NCBI GenBank assembly: GCA_036677065.1
Contig: JAKFBS010000008.1
Coordinates: 1-64,000, forward strand
DNA: 64,000 bases
DNA from: Bdellovibrio sp.
GTDB lineage: Bacteria; Bdellovibrionota; Bdellovibrionia; Bdellovibrionales; Bdellovibrionaceae
Direction: 5' to 3'
The position numbers and the translations under genes were made by a program. A model generated the notes under the pieces. The model saw nothing but the letters and a program-made list of their open reading frames with translations. It did no database searches and was not told the DNA's origin. Shown piece after piece: positions 29,506-39,886 of the stretch (the first letter of the stretch is position 1; the number at the start of each line of letters is the position of its first letter).

Positions 29506-29587
29506 TTTTTCTCACCACGCGATCGAATAGAGTGCCATTAACAATTACTCTGAGTTGATGTTCTCGGCGCTGCGCATTTTCAACCAT
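29486..29587 (-). pseudogene. 33-aa ORF overlapping the XRE gene start, possible remnant of a toxin partner
   Basis: MVENAQRREHQLRVIVNGTLFDRVVRKNGKAKN*; overlaps the downstream ATG by 20 nt, as in TA operons. Confidence 0.35.
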
Positions 29588-29710
29588 ACTGTAACTTCCG
29601 TAATTCTGCAAGTTTTAATTATTAGTCATTTAACTAAAACTTGCTTTCTCAAGGAGTATGCCAGCATGGGAGTCATTTAAAATAGCTTAGATAGTGTTTT
29701 GGATCCGGAA

Positions 29711-30712
29711 TTAAAGATTCACGTTTAACATTTTAGTAACGTACGATCTTGGATTCACCGGCACGTAACTGCGATTTTTCTTCACATGAATTTCAAAATG
29801 TAAATGTGGAGCAGTGCCAACACCAGTGTTGCCAGATAAAGCAATGGTTTGACCTTGAGTTACTGGTTTACCGGCTGAAGTTTTAAATGCAGATAAATGC
29901 GCGTATAAAGTTTCGATCTGGCGTGTGGGGTGAATCACGATCACGTAATTACCGTAGCCCTTCATTTTTTTAGTTTTAGCATTGCGTTCAGTACGAGTCG
30001 CTAAAACTTTACCTTCATAAACACTCACGACTTGGGTTCCGGTTCTTGCGCGTAAATCTATACCTTTATGTAAACGTTTAGTTTTGTGAACCGGATGTTT
30101 ACGCATGCCGTATTCACTTGTTACTGCTAAACAGCCAGCGCCACAGTTTTTAAGTGGGCTTATAATATTATTACTTTTAGTCGTAGTCGCTTTAAAGACT
30201 TGGTAATTGTTTTCTGAAGACGCCAAATGAGCAGTATATGCACCAAGATCATGTAGTTCAGAAAGCTGACCCGTTTTTTGGTACTTAAGAAAGGCTTCTT
30301 TATTTAAATCATTCGAGCTATCTAAGAATCCAGCTTTTTTAACATCTGCTGTACGAATACAAAAATCAGTTTCATCAGCAACTTCTGATTCACGAAGATC
30401 TTCATCTTGAACGTCGACTACACGAATTCCGCACACCCAGTCGTTATTTACACGCGTTGCAAAGGTTGATAAATTCACCGCTAAGATTGAATTCTCTGGA
30501 ACTGTGATTTGTTTGCTCACAGACATTTTACCGGTCACATCTTGATTAAATAAAGTTAACTTTGCAGCCACCGGAGTCTCGATATAAAAACTTGAATCTG
30601 CAGCGGCAGCCAGCGATAAGCCGTCATCAAATGAAGTGTTAGCGAACGCTAGAGGCGTCGTCAGTGTTGTGCCAATGGCCATTGCCAGATTGATGATAAT
30701 TTTTTTATACAT
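29711..30712 (-). CDS. Secreted M23 peptidoglycan endopeptidase
   Basis: HKGIDL, YAHL and HLHFE zinc motifs; signal peptide. Confidence 0.92.
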   Translation of the reverse strand: MYKKIIINLAMAIGTTLTTPLAFANTSFDDGLSLAAAADSSFYIETPVAAKLTLFNQDVTGKMSVSKQITVPENSILAVNLSTFATRVNNDWVCGIRVVDVQDEDLRESEVADETDFCIRTADVKKAGFLDSSNDLNKEAFLKYQKTGQLSELHDLGAYTAHLASSENNYQVFKATTTKSNNIISPLKNCGAGCLAVTSEYGMRKHPVHKTKRLHKGIDLRARTGTQVVSVYEGKVLATRTERNAKTKKMKGYGNYVIVIHPTRQIETLYAHLSAFKTSAGKPVTQGQTIALSGNTGVGTAPHLHFEIHVKKNRSYVPVNPRSYVTKMLNVNL

Positions 30713-30745
30713 TTTAGCTCCCGTTTGTTATCTACAAACTCTAAG

Positions 30746-30761
30746 AGCTAGTTTCGTTCCA
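30746..30761 (-). promoter_or_regulatory. Possible sigma54 promoter
   Basis: Minus strand TGGAACG-AAAC-TAGCT, correct GG/GC spacing, upstream of the M23 gene. Confidence 0.4.
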
Positions 30762-30860
30762 GCCTTGTAATGCGATTAATTCGAGATAGGAGCTTGCGGC
30801 CAAACCTTATTTCATGGTTCGGCGTTTATGGTCGCTGTCAGGTTTTTGTACAGCTAATTC

Positions 30861-31151
30861 TTACTTGGCGTTATCGCGTGGATCCCAACCGGTTTTAGCG
30901 CGCCAAGTGTAAAGCTGTTCAACTTTAGTGCGTGCCCAGTCAGTTTTTCTTAAGAATTTTAAGCTTGATTTAACACTTGGGTTTTCTGAGAAGCTGTTGA
31001 TCGAGATTTTATCAGACAGGCGTTCCCAGCCGTAACATTCGACTAATTCGGTAACCATAGTCTCAAGAGTAATGCCTTCAAGAGGGTTTTTGTTGGCTGC
31101 AATGTTTTGTTGAACCTTATTCAAGGGTTTTACTACTACTTCTTCGCTCAT
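30861..31151 (-). CDS. VF530/DUF2132-family small DNA-binding protein
   Basis: NPLEGITLE...YGWE.L...[22 protein letters not shown]. Confidence 0.9.
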   Translation of the reverse strand: MSEEVVVKPLNKVQQNIAANKNPLEGITLETMVTELVECYGWERLSDKISINSFSENPSVKSSLKFLRKTDWARTKVEQLYTWRAKTGWDPRDNAK

Positions 31152-31211
31152 GGTTAGAATATTACTGCATAAGCTTTTGTGAGGCTATTTGTTTTATAGT
31201 AAGTAGGTTCG

Positions 31212-31328
31212 CTAAATCGGAATAAGCGCGTAAACGATCGCAAAGACTAAGCCAAATAGCCAGAAAATCCCGACGGCTAGTGCAAAAGTTATTGGCCCTT
31301 GTAAAGTCTTAAGAAGTAATGCATTCAT
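31212..31328 (-). CDS. 38-aa single-TM small protein (not in the ORF track)
   Basis: SD aaggagg, then MNALLLKTLQGPITFALAVGIFWLFGLVFAIVYALIPI*. Confidence 0.55.
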   Translation of the reverse strand: MNALLLKTLQGPITFALAVGIFWLFGLVFAIVYALIPI

Positions 31329-31433
31329 AAATGCCTCCTTAGGTATTTGCCATTCTCTATTATACCACTGATTAAAGTGGACGGGTAATTGGAGATTTAA
31401 GTGCTGAATTTTACAAGTGAATGTGAGCTTGCT

Positions 31434-31724
31434 CTATGCAGCTTGTCTAATTGTTAAAACCACATCTAACGCCAAAGCAATCTTAGCTAAAAAGTCCAAA
31501 CTTACTTCAGATACTAAGCCTGATTCCATCCTAGCAATGGCTGGTTGTTTGCTACCCACCATTTTCGCAAGCTGTGCTTGCGTGATTTGTTTTTTAAGAC
31601 GCGTATTTTTAAATTTTTCAATGAGCTTCTTTTTTTGTCGGATCAGTTCCATTTCGATCTCTGAAAGACCGATGGATTTTCCGAACTCTTTTATGCTTTT
31701 ATAGCGAGTGGTCTTTTCTTTCAT
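31434..31724 (-). CDS. HigA-like XRE-HTH antitoxin
   Basis: ITQAQLAKMVGSKQPAIARMESG; 4-nt overlap with the upstream toxin gene. Confidence 0.85.
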   Translation of the reverse strand: MKEKTTRYKSIKEFGKSIGLSEIEMELIRQKKKLIEKFKNTRLKKQITQAQLAKMVGSKQPAIARMESGLVSEVSLDFLAKIALALDVVLTIRQAA

Positions 31725-32041
31725 AAGTCTAAACTCCTCATGCGTTGTTTTAAAAGGTCAGCAGTTTGACGATCTATTGCCTGTTTCTTTTTGCTGGTCG
31801 CGTGAATGACATAAATAGCATCAGACACTTTCACTACATAAAAAACCCGGTACTCGCCAGCTCGTCCAGAGAGCCTCAATTCATGCAAATTTTTGCCGAT
31901 TGAAGGTAGCGGGCGCGATATAGGCATACTGAGTTTTATGCCTGCGGCTAAATCATCGAACAACGCAAATATATCAATTAAAATGTTTTTTGGAGCGTCT
32001 TTTAATTCGCGTTCTGCTTGTTTAAGTACGACGACTTGCAA
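31721..32041 (-). CDS. RelE/HigB (Gp49-like) toxin
   Basis: LHELR...EYRVFY...IHATSKK motifs; toxin-first TA order; TTG start with SD aggagg. Confidence 0.85.
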   Translation of the reverse strand: MQVVVLKQAERELKDAPKNILIDIFALFDDLAAGIKLSMPISRPLPSIGKNLHELRLSGRAGEYRVFYVVKVSDAIYVIHATSKKKQAIDRQTADLLKQRMRSLDL

Positions 32042-32054
32042 ATAAACCTCCTAT

Positions 32055-32083
32055 AAAATATAACGGTTTCGTTATATTGTCAA
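32055..32083 (-). promoter_or_regulatory. sigma70 promoter with overlapping palindromic operator of the TA operon
   Basis: TTGACA-17 nt-TATTTT on the minus strand; IR aatataacg-gttt-cgttatatt (32057-32078) spans the spacer. Confidence 0.7.
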
Positions 32084-32193
32084 CTTTAACACTTACTTGC
32101 TGAAAACAGCGTATAAAGGCCTTTACGCTGGTTTTGTACCAAGGCGTCGTTGAATAGGATTAGAGCTTAGGTTTAGATTCTCCGAAATACGGA

Positions 32194-32931
32194 CTAAGAA
32201 GTATGAAGCCGAGCTGTAAACACAGGTTTACCATCAGCAGCGCGCACGCCTTGAAACTGCGTGATCGCAGAATCTGGAGCATTCGTTTTCTGTAGCGTGA
32301 CTTTATCGCCTGATTTAGTTTCGGCTAAAAAATTAATTTCATATTTATTTAATTGCACATCACCTTTTAAGATCTCAAGCGGGATCGCATCTAAAATCCA
32401 CTGGGCATATTTGGTGTTATTCACATGATTATTCATATCCAGATCACTGTTGCGCACTTCAAATTGGGTGATCTCGGTGACATCGGCTTGCCAAAGAATT
32501 TTTTCAGGTAATTCAGTGCGGTTATGATCATCGCGAAATACCGCACCTAACTTATTTAAATCAGGGGCTACCATTTTACGGGTGTTCATATCGATCACTG
32601 AAAAAGTGCTGGTGCATTCGCCGATTTTTGTATCGCCGTTAAAAATTTCGTAATCACGAAAAAAGAAAACATCTGAAGTCGGTGTGCGCAGCCAGGTTTT
32701 AATAGTGATCGTTTCATTCCACTTAGGCCAAGCCGTCATAGTTAAACTTTGGCGGGTAAAAACCCAGCCCTGATGCGGTTCAAGGTGAGCCCGCATTTGG
32801 CGGGCGTGCATCCAGCCGACGTCTTGAATAAAGTTAAGCAGCGAGTAAAGACCTGCGCGCCCGCGTAAGTTTACAAAGTAAGAGGCAATTTTATAATCTT
32901 CAGACCAAGTGTGCGGTTTTTGTGAATCCAT
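32194..32931 (-). CDS. Acyl-ACP thioesterase
   Basis: Double hotdog fold; VRNSDLDMNNHVNNTKY motif. Confidence 0.9.
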   Translation of the reverse strand: MDSQKPHTWSEDYKIASYFVNLRGRAGLYSLLNFIQDVGWMHARQMRAHLEPHQGWVFTRQSLTMTAWPKWNETITIKTWLRTPTSDVFFFRDYEIFNGDTKIGECTSTFSVIDMNTRKMVAPDLNKLGAVFRDDHNRTELPEKILWQADVTEITQFEVRNSDLDMNNHVNNTKYAQWILDAIPLEILKGDVQLNKYEINFLAETKSGDKVTLQKTNAPDSAITQFQGVRAADGKPVFTARLHTS

Positions 32932-32961
32932 GACCTATTGGACTATTAAGATAAATTATCG

Positions 32962-33552
32962 TCAAATTATAACACGCCTAATGCGGCTCAGCTGCACCGG
33001 GGTTACTCCTAAATAACTGGCAAGCGTAACTCCAGAAATTTCATCCGCGATCTGAGAGAACTCTTGGCGAAAATTTTCAAATCTTTCTTTGCCCGTGGTT
33101 GATAAAAGCTCGATTTCACGTTTTTCTTTAAAGATAAAAACTGAAGTCAAAAAACGATTGTAAGCTTTCGAAAATTCGTGAGAAGTCTCAAGTAAGCTGC
33201 GAATGTTTTCGATAGGAACTTTAAGAAACTGAACATCAGATAAAGTCTGCACAAAAAATTTATTGGTGCCTTTATTAAAGGTCACATCAAAACTGCCAAT
33301 TAAAAAAGAATCTTTATAAAAGGCCTTTGTTACTTCGCGGCCAGCTTCTGTTACGACGTAATAGCGAACAATGCCTTCCAGCAAGTATAAAATATGGGTA
33401 ACAGTGTCACCCATTTTGATCAGATGTTCATTTTTAGCAGCTGAAGTGATTTCGCAATGGTCTAATAAAAGGTTTTGCTCGGCCTGACTGAGTTTACCCA
33501 GGGGGTCTAAGAAGTTTAGAAATTTCTGTTGGGCTGAATTGGGCTTTTTCAT
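32962..33552 (-). CDS. Crp/Fnr-family regulator
   Basis: cNMP-binding barrel and C-terminal LASYLGVTPVQLSRIR HTH. Confidence 0.9.
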   Translation of the reverse strand: MKKPNSAQQKFLNFLDPLGKLSQAEQNLLLDHCEITSAAKNEHLIKMGDTVTHILYLLEGIVRYYVVTEAGREVTKAFYKDSFLIGSFDVTFNKGTNKFFVQTLSDVQFLKVPIENIRSLLETSHEFSKAYNRFLTSVFIFKEKREIELLSTTGKERFENFRQEFSQIADEISGVTLASYLGVTPVQLSRIRRVII

Positions 33553-33636
33553 AAATCTTTCTTTAAAACCTTATCATATGTTAACGATTTTACACCTTTC
33601 AAAATCTATTCTGTATCTGAAAGGCAGTGAAATAAT

Positions 33637-34083
33637 ATGAGTGCGACATTAAAACAAGTGCAGGATAAACAAACTTTACAGAATCCGGGGTGGACCGGTG
33701 TGTTTGATGTGACCAGTGATCTAACTAACGGGAGGGTAGGTCTTTATACAATGAGCTACGCGGCCGGAGCAAACGGAGCCGAACCCCACTATCATAAAAA
33801 AATGCTAGAGATCTTTAACGTTCTTGAAGGGGCTATAGCTATCTTAATTAACGGCGACTGGCGCGTGGTTATGGCGGGTGAAACTGTGGTGATCCCGACG
33901 ATGACCATTCATGCCTTTAAACCGTTGGCTGATCGCGGTTGTAAGATACAAATTCTTTTTACTCCCAATATTAAGCGCGAAGATTTTTTCTTAAATTTTC
34001 ATTTATACACCGGTGCCAGTGACAAAGAAAAATATGAATTCTGGGCCAAGTACGATCAATACCCAGCAAAGGAGCTTTTATGA
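33637..34083 (+). CDS. Cupin-domain protein
   Basis: PHYH...E..VLEG...P...HAF cupin motifs. Confidence 0.85.
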   Translation: MSATLKQVQDKQTLQNPGWTGVFDVTSDLTNGRVGLYTMSYAAGANGAEPHYHKKMLEIFNVLEGAIAILINGDWRVVMAGETVVIPTMTIHAFKPLADRGCKIQILFTPNIKREDFFLNFHLYTGASDKEKYEFWAKYDQYPAKELL

Positions 34084-34502
34084 GCCAAACACAAATTAAA
34101 GATATTAATTACAGTGAAGGTTATGATTCGCGTGAATACGGATATTCACAAGCTGTAGCAGTGACATCGCCGCAAGAAATTTTATATATCTCGGGGCAAG
34201 TCGGAATTTTATTTGCAAATGAACAAAGATCATTTTCAGGCCAGATTGAACTGGCCTATCAAAATCTGGAAAAAGTTTTACAAAGTGCGGGCATGAGCTT
34301 CGCCAACGTGGTCAAGGTGACCGAGCTTGTGGTTGGAAATTCACTAGAAAGACTTGCAGCCGTTAATAATAAGAAAAAAAAGATCTTTGAAAGATTTCCG
34401 GCCAGCACGTATATTCCTGTAGATTCACTAGCTTTACCGGGAATGCTTTTTGAAATTGAAGCCATTGCCGTTCGAAGTTTTATAAATGTAGCTAGCTTGT
34501 AA
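34080..34502 (+). CDS. RidA/YjgF-family protein
   Basis: YSQAV, ISGQV, PAST, FEIEAIA. Confidence 0.85.
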   Translation: MSQTQIKDINYSEGYDSREYGYSQAVAVTSPQEILYISGQVGILFANEQRSFSGQIELAYQNLEKVLQSAGMSFANVVKVTELVVGNSLERLAAVNNKKKKIFERFPASTYIPVDSLALPGMLFEIEAIAVRSFINVASL

Positions 34503-34509
34503 AATTAAG

Positions 34510-35409
34510 TTATTTCAACAACGGAGCCGTTAAGCTGATCCACTCGGCGTAAGGCACAACGTTAGTGTAAACACCGACGTCGTCGCAAAGAGCGCTTCCG
34601 CGGCTGGTAACACCAGTTAAATAAAGTTTACCCTCGACAGTTGCGTAAGCTGGGCCACCAGAGTCTCCGTTGCAAGTGCCATGGCCTGTAGATTCATCAA
34701 GATGAAATTCAGTTTCTTGCACCGAAGAAATTAAAGCATGCGTTTGTCGCAATTGTCCGTCGCCGCCCATATCAACAGTTACACAATCTGTAAGTTCTTC
34801 GTCAAAGCAGTAGATTTCGCCGTAGTCGATGGCATCTTGAAGATCTTTTACTTTTTTCGGGTCAATAGGTTCAGTATAGACATTTGCAACACCAAAGCCC
34901 GCGACTGTGATATCAACGCCGCGTTTTAAAATAGAATCATCGCCTAGAATTTCAGCTGGATGATAACCTTCAGGCAAAGTGCCTTCGAATTTAATAAGGG
35001 CGATGTCGCCGATGTCTGTTTCTTTATCTTCATTGGCAGGGTCAAGATATATAGGATTTGCTTTAGCATCAGTCACATCGCGCTGATAGAACATCGTGAT
35101 CAGCTGGTTTTTTGTATCGATGACTTTGTCTAAATTAACGTTAAAAATGATTTTCATTTTAGACGGATCCGAGTTTATGCAATGAGCAGCCGTAAGAACT
35201 AAATTAGGCCCAATCAATGACCCTGTGCAGATAGCTTGGTATTCGCTGTCATAGATGCCGACGATGCTGTAGCTAAGTTCGGCTTTATCCAGAACGGGTT
35301 CGCCACCAATAATGGGGTTCAGGTTATTTTGCGTGATGCTTGGGCTTTGAGTTGCATTTTGGCAGGCCATTAGAAACATGAACGAAAGTGTGATTAAAAG
35401 AATTCTCAA
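34510..35409 (-). CDS. Trypsin-like (S1) serine protease lipoprotein
   Basis: IIGG, LTAAHC, DIAL, GDSGGP; lipobox LMAC. Confidence 0.95.
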   Translation of the reverse strand: MRILLITLSFMFLMACQNATQSPSITQNNLNPIIGGEPVLDKAELSYSIVGIYDSEYQAICTGSLIGPNLVLTAAHCINSDPSKMKIIFNVNLDKVIDTKNQLITMFYQRDVTDAKANPIYLDPANEDKETDIGDIALIKFEGTLPEGYHPAEILGDDSILKRGVDITVAGFGVANVYTEPIDPKKVKDLQDAIDYGEIYCFDEELTDCVTVDMGGDGQLRQTHALISSVQETEFHLDESTGHGTCNGDSGGPAYATVEGKLYLTGVTSRGSALCDDVGVYTNVVPYAEWISLTAPLLK

Positions 35410-35508
35410 TGCAGGGCCCCTCTTTTTAAGAATTTTTTATAAAGACGAACTTACTAAACAGCAAGAAAAATATGATATAATTTCAAAGTATATTGATGGG
35501 AGTTTAAA

Positions 35509-36273
35509 ATGAAGCTAGTCAGCTGGAATGTAAATGGTATTCGTGCCTGCGCTAAAGGCGGTTTTCTAAAATGGTTCGAAAAAGAAAATGCCGACATCAT
35601 CTGTGTGCAAGAAATTAAAGCTACGCCTGATCAGTTAGAAGATAATCTGAAAAATCCATTAAAGTATCACGCCATCTGGAACCCGGCGCAAAAGCCAGGC
35701 TACAGCGGCACCGCGATCTTTTCTAAAAAAGAACCGCTCAGTGTGCAATTGGGTTTAGGGGATGCGCAGTTTGATAATGAAGGCCGCGTGATGATTGTTA
35801 AATACCCGAAATTCACTTTAATTAATTCATACTTTCCGAATTCACAGCGCGAACATACGCGTCTTCCGTACAAATTAGCTTTTTGCAAAAAGTTTTTAAA
35901 AACCGCTGAAGACTTACGTAAAAAAGGCGAGAACGTAATTATGTGTGCTGATTGGAATATCGCGCATCAAGAAATCGATCTTAAAAATCCAAAGACCAAT
36001 AAAAAAAACGCAGGCTTTTTACCTGAAGAGCGGGCGTGGATGGATGAGATGATCAAAAAGGGTTATGTCGATGCGTTTCGCCAATTTGAAAAAGGCGGCG
36101 ATCATTACACGTGGTGGAGTTACCGCCCTGGCGTGCGTGAGAAGAACGTTGGGTGGAGATTGGATTATTTTATGGCGAATGGTGAATTCAGCGATCGCTT
36201 GAAGGCATCGTACCACCGTAACGAAGTTTATGGATCAGATCATTGCCCGGTGGTTTTAGAATTAAAGAAATAG
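35509..36273 (+). CDS. xth: Exodeoxyribonuclease III (AP endonuclease)
   Basis: SWNVNGIRA, QEIK, YTWWSYR, GWRLDY, SDHCP. Confidence 0.95.
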   Translation: MKLVSWNVNGIRACAKGGFLKWFEKENADIICVQEIKATPDQLEDNLKNPLKYHAIWNPAQKPGYSGTAIFSKKEPLSVQLGLGDAQFDNEGRVMIVKYPKFTLINSYFPNSQREHTRLPYKLAFCKKFLKTAEDLRKKGENVIMCADWNIAHQEIDLKNPKTNKKNAGFLPEERAWMDEMIKKGYVDAFRQFEKGGDHYTWWSYRPGVREKNVGWRLDYFMANGEFSDRLKASYHRNEVYGSDHCPVVLELKK

Positions 36274-36274
36274 C

Positions 36275-36637
36275 TTAGTGAACATACGATTTCACGGCGT
36301 TTAAAAACCTTTCAACATGGATGGGTTTTTCCAGTTGCGCAGCCACTTTCATAGCGGCGAGTGTTTCTTCGGGAATATTAGCTGCTGATAATAGAATGAT
36401 TGGAATAGAACTGATCTGGCTGTCTTTGCTGGCGTTATCGCAAAATGTTTTTCCGTCCATGACGGGCATCATGTAATCAAGGATAATCACTTTTGGTTTG
36501 TGACCTGATTTTAAAATCTCAAGTGCAGTTTTACCGTTTTCTGCCCGTTTGACGGTGTAGCCTTCGCCCTCGAGAAGTTCGGCGATGCATTCTCTTAAAT
36601 CTGGTTCGTCATCTATTAATAAAATATCTGATGTCAT
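36275..36637 (-). CDS. Single-domain response regulator
   Basis: LLIDDE, ILDYMMPVMDG, KP. Confidence 0.9.
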   Translation of the reverse strand: MTSDILLIDDEPDLRECIAELLEGEGYTVKRAENGKTALEILKSGHKPKVIILDYMMPVMDGKTFCDNASKDSQISSIPIILLSAANIPEETLAAMKVAAQLEKPIHVERFLNAVKSYVH

Positions 36638-38871
36638 TGTGTTGGCAATTCTACGCTAAAGACAGAGCCTTGGTGAAGGGTACTTGTCACCCAAACTTTG
36701 CCTTTTAATGCGGTTACGATTTCGTTTACAATCCAAAGCCCTAAACCCAAACCTTTATAGCTGGTTTCGCTGACAGCGCGTTCGAATCTTTCAAAGATTT
36801 TTTTCTGTTTATCTTCGGCGATGCCGATACCCTGATCGTGAACTTCTAAAAGTACATTTTGATTATTGCGACGAAGATGAATTTCAATGGGTTTTTTGTC
36901 GCCGTATTTGATGGCGTTTAAAATTAAATTTGTAATAATCTGTTCAAGTCTGAACTCATCCCAAAGACCAGTGATATCGGGTTCAATTTTTTTAATTAAA
37001 ACACAGCCTAACTTGGTGATTTCATCTTCAAATTTTTTACTTACATTTTCAACTAAGTTAGAAATGTTAACGTTAGGTTTTAAGTCTAGACGCATATGCC
37101 CGGCACCTATGCTGGTTACATCGAGTAAGTTTTTAATTAGGCTTTCAAGACGATCACCTTGCAATTTAGTTTTTTCAATCTGGGCCAAAAGTTTTTCTTT
37201 ATCAATAACGCCATCTAAAGATTTTGCAATAACGTATAAAGATAACTGTAATGTCGTCAGCGGAGTTTTTAATTCATGGGTGGCCACGGCAATAAATTCG
37301 TCGCGGGCATTCAATGCGCTTTTAAGATTATTTTCTAGCAGTTTTCTTTCGGTGATATTTTGCAGGGTGCCAGCCAAGCGAATAGGACGGCCTTCAGAAT
37401 CCTGTTCAATGACTGCGCCACGCGCGACAAACCAGCGCGGGTCGTTGCCGTTAGCCAAGCCTTGAAGATCGACTTCGTACGCACCACCGGTAGCAAGGGC
37501 TTCAGCCACCGCAACACTTAGTCTTTTCCAAGACTCTTCGGTGTAGAGTTTTGACTGTTCAACAAAAGGCAGGGGTGCAGATTCAGGATCTAAACCCAAA
37601 ATATCATAGATTTCTTGCGACCAATGAACGGTGTCGGTTTTTGCATCCCACTTCCAGCTTCCCATTTGCGCTACGTGCTGGGCGTAAACCAGATCGGCTT
37701 CGTTTACGGCAATTCGTTCTTGGGCCAATTTAACCATTCTTGCAGTTTCAAAATGTCGTAAAATAATAGAAACCAGGTTGGCTGCATGTTCGATGGTCTG
37801 AATATCGCGGGCTGACGGAGAATGTTGTACGGCATGATAGATCGCAAACGTGCCCAGCACTTCACCGGTAAGGGATTTAATAGGCTGCGACCAGCAAGAA
37901 GCTAAGTTTGCAGCTTTTGCCAGTTCACGATAATTAGCCCAAAGCGGATCGTTTTGAATATCATCGACGATGATTCTTTTACCTAAATAAGCGGCTGTTC
38001 CGCACGAACCAGCACTGGCACCAATATCTAAATGCGGGATGGCTTCGTTGTAAAAGCTGGGAAGCTTAGGGGCATAGACTTTTTCAAAGCGCTTTTTATC
38101 TTTATCAAGAAACAAGATGCTGCAAGTTGTATCGGGGTTAAGATCTTCGAAAAAGCCGATCAAGGTTTTATAAATCTTATCTAGCGGTTCTTTGTTAGAA
38201 AGTAATGTTAAAATCAGATTTACAAAGTGCTCTTGTTGCGAATCTTTTTTTTGCAGTGCTTTGTTGGTTTTTTTTAGCTGCAATTGAAAAGCAATATTAT
38301 CCAGTAATTGCCGTTTTAAAAAAACGTACTGCAGCAGGGTATAGATAATAAAAACGGCATAAGTGACAAAAATATAATTCGAATGGGCGATATCACGATT
38401 TAGCGAATGAATAGATACGCCAATCAGTGACGCAAACACCATCGCCAAAGTCGGAAAAAACAGCGTCGCATCAAGAGCTAGGGTAAAAATTGAATTCGCG
38501 ATGAAGCCACCCAGAAATGCAAAAAGCACAAAATAATGCGGGCTTGTCGGTTCGATATTAAAAACAGTGATCGTCAGGATGAGCGCAAGTAAAATGGCAT
38601 TAAGCCAATGGGTCAGTTTTGTGATAAACCAATAGTTTTCGTTTTCTGAAGCTTCAAGAAATTTATTTGAATAATAAACGCGAACACCCAATGACAGAAC
38701 AGTGATCACAGAACAAACCAAGATTATGACCTTATAGGTGGGTATGGCGAAAGCAAAATACACTGATAGCAGAAGCAGAAATAAAGTCGCCAAAGAGGCT
38801 CTGACATTACGCTTTGCTATTTCTTTTTTAATCAGTAGCAAAGTCAGCTTTGCATCTGTCACTTCTGTCAT
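36634..38871 (-). CDS. Membrane sensor histidine kinase (TM-GAF-PAS-HisKA-HATPase)
   Basis: N-terminal TM segments, GAF (GSCGTAAY), PAS, HELKTPL, NAIKY, DQGIGI, GLGLGL. Confidence 0.95.
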   Translation of the reverse strand: MTEVTDAKLTLLLIKKEIAKRNVRASLATLFLLLLSVYFAFAIPTYKVIILVCSVITVLSLGVRVYYSNKFLEASENENYWFITKLTHWLNAILLALILTITVFNIEPTSPHYFVLFAFLGGFIANSIFTLALDATLFFPTLAMVFASLIGVSIHSLNRDIAHSNYIFVTYAVFIIYTLLQYVFLKRQLLDNIAFQLQLKKTNKALQKKDSQQEHFVNLILTLLSNKEPLDKIYKTLIGFFEDLNPDTTCSILFLDKDKKRFEKVYAPKLPSFYNEAIPHLDIGASAGSCGTAAYLGKRIIVDDIQNDPLWANYRELAKAANLASCWSQPIKSLTGEVLGTFAIYHAVQHSPSARDIQTIEHAANLVSIILRHFETARMVKLAQERIAVNEADLVYAQHVAQMGSWKWDAKTDTVHWSQEIYDILGLDPESAPLPFVEQSKLYTEESWKRLSVAVAEALATGGAYEVDLQGLANGNDPRWFVARGAVIEQDSEGRPIRLAGTLQNITERKLLENNLKSALNARDEFIAVATHELKTPLTTLQLSLYVIAKSLDGVIDKEKLLAQIEKTKLQGDRLESLIKNLLDVTSIGAGHMRLDLKPNVNISNLVENVSKKFEDEITKLGCVLIKKIEPDITGLWDEFRLEQIITNLILNAIKYGDKKPIEIHLRRNNQNVLLEVHDQGIGIAEDKQKKIFERFERAVSETSYKGLGLGLWIVNEIVTALKGKVWVTSTLHQGSVFSVELPTQ

Positions 38872-38959
38872 TTTGACCTCGCGATCAAACTTAACATTGT
38901 TTTAGGTGTTTGCCTACGCCATCCGACAGAATTTTTACAAAACGGGGCAGGAGTGGACT

Positions 38960-39886
38960 TTATTTATTTAAGCACGGCGTCGGTATAAAATACGGCTGGC
39001 CGTTTTTATCAAGCATTGAAATTTTAACTTGCGCGGGGTTATTCAGATCGACTTCTTGATAATACTTACGGTATTTGCGACCTAATTTTTTACGAACTAG
39101 ATTTTCAAAGTACACTGCGCGGTATTCGGTGACGTCATTGGCCTCCATATCATCGCCAATAACGCCGCGACGATCGACAAGGCCACGTACGCTATCAAAG
39201 CTATGAAAAAGTTCATGCGCGAATGCTGCAACCGCAGGAACAGGGCGTGCGACATGATCGCTTTCAATATACATTGTGTCTTCAGCATTCGGGTCAAAGC
39301 GCACGAAACCGCCTGCTCCGAATTGTTGAAACGTGCGACGTGGGTCTGCACCTTTTCTTAAAGTCGCAAAGTACTGCATAGCCGTAGATTCATCTAAGCC
39401 TGAATTTGGTTTGCCAGTGCTTCCGACAAATTCAAAGCGCGGGCCGCCAGTTTGTGTAAGTGTGATGGGGTATAACCCTTGCTGTAATAACGAGATCAGT
39501 CTTTCACCTTCAGGAAGCGTGCGAAGTATTTCGATTAAACCTAGAACTGCTTTTGTGTAATCATCTGAAATCTTAGCGATCTGTTGGCCCTTATGATCGA
39601 ATAAGGTGCCATCGATATAGGTTATTAGTTTGTTATTTCTAGAATTTAAAATTTTAAGCGAATCTTTTTTTGGGTTTGATTTGACTAGATCGGGTAATAG
39701 GATTTTTTCATTGCCGTTACAGGTGTTTAATTCGATCGCGTCTTGGTTGATCGAGATTTTTGATTTTAATTCATCGTGCGTCCAATTGCGAGAATCATTG
39801 GCTTCGCGTATCTGAAGGGTGTAAGGCGCGGGTGGAGGGTTTTGTGCGAAAGCTGTTGCTGTGGCTAAGATTAGAATTAAAAACAT
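38960..39886 (-). CDS. Secreted zincin, M91-like (copy 1)
   Basis: Signal peptide; AHELFH plus EYRAVYFENLVRKKLG..R..Y pattern. Confidence 0.6.
   Translation of the reverse strand: MFLILILATATAFAQNPPPAPYTLQIREANDSRNWTHDELKSKISINQDAIELNTCNGNEKILLPDLVKSNPKKDSLKILNSRNNKLITYIDGTLFDHKGQQIAKISDDYTKAVLGLIEILRTLPEGERLISLLQQGLYPITLTQTGGPRFEFVGSTGKPNSGLDESTAMQYFATLRKGADPRRTFQQFGAGGFVRFDPNAEDTMYIESDHVARPVPAVAAFAHELFHSFDSVRGLVDRRGVIGDDMEANDVTEYRAVYFENLVRKKLGRKYRKYYQEVDLNNPAQVKISMLDKNGQPYFIPTPCLNK

Noticed and set aside
38942..38960. Degenerate att copy of the tRNA-Gln 3' end (acggggcaggagtggactt vs atggggtaggaggactt)
   Set aside because: The position at the accessory-region edge is suggestive, but the match needs two mismatches and a 2-nt gap over 17 nt, and no integrase is present; compatible with chance.
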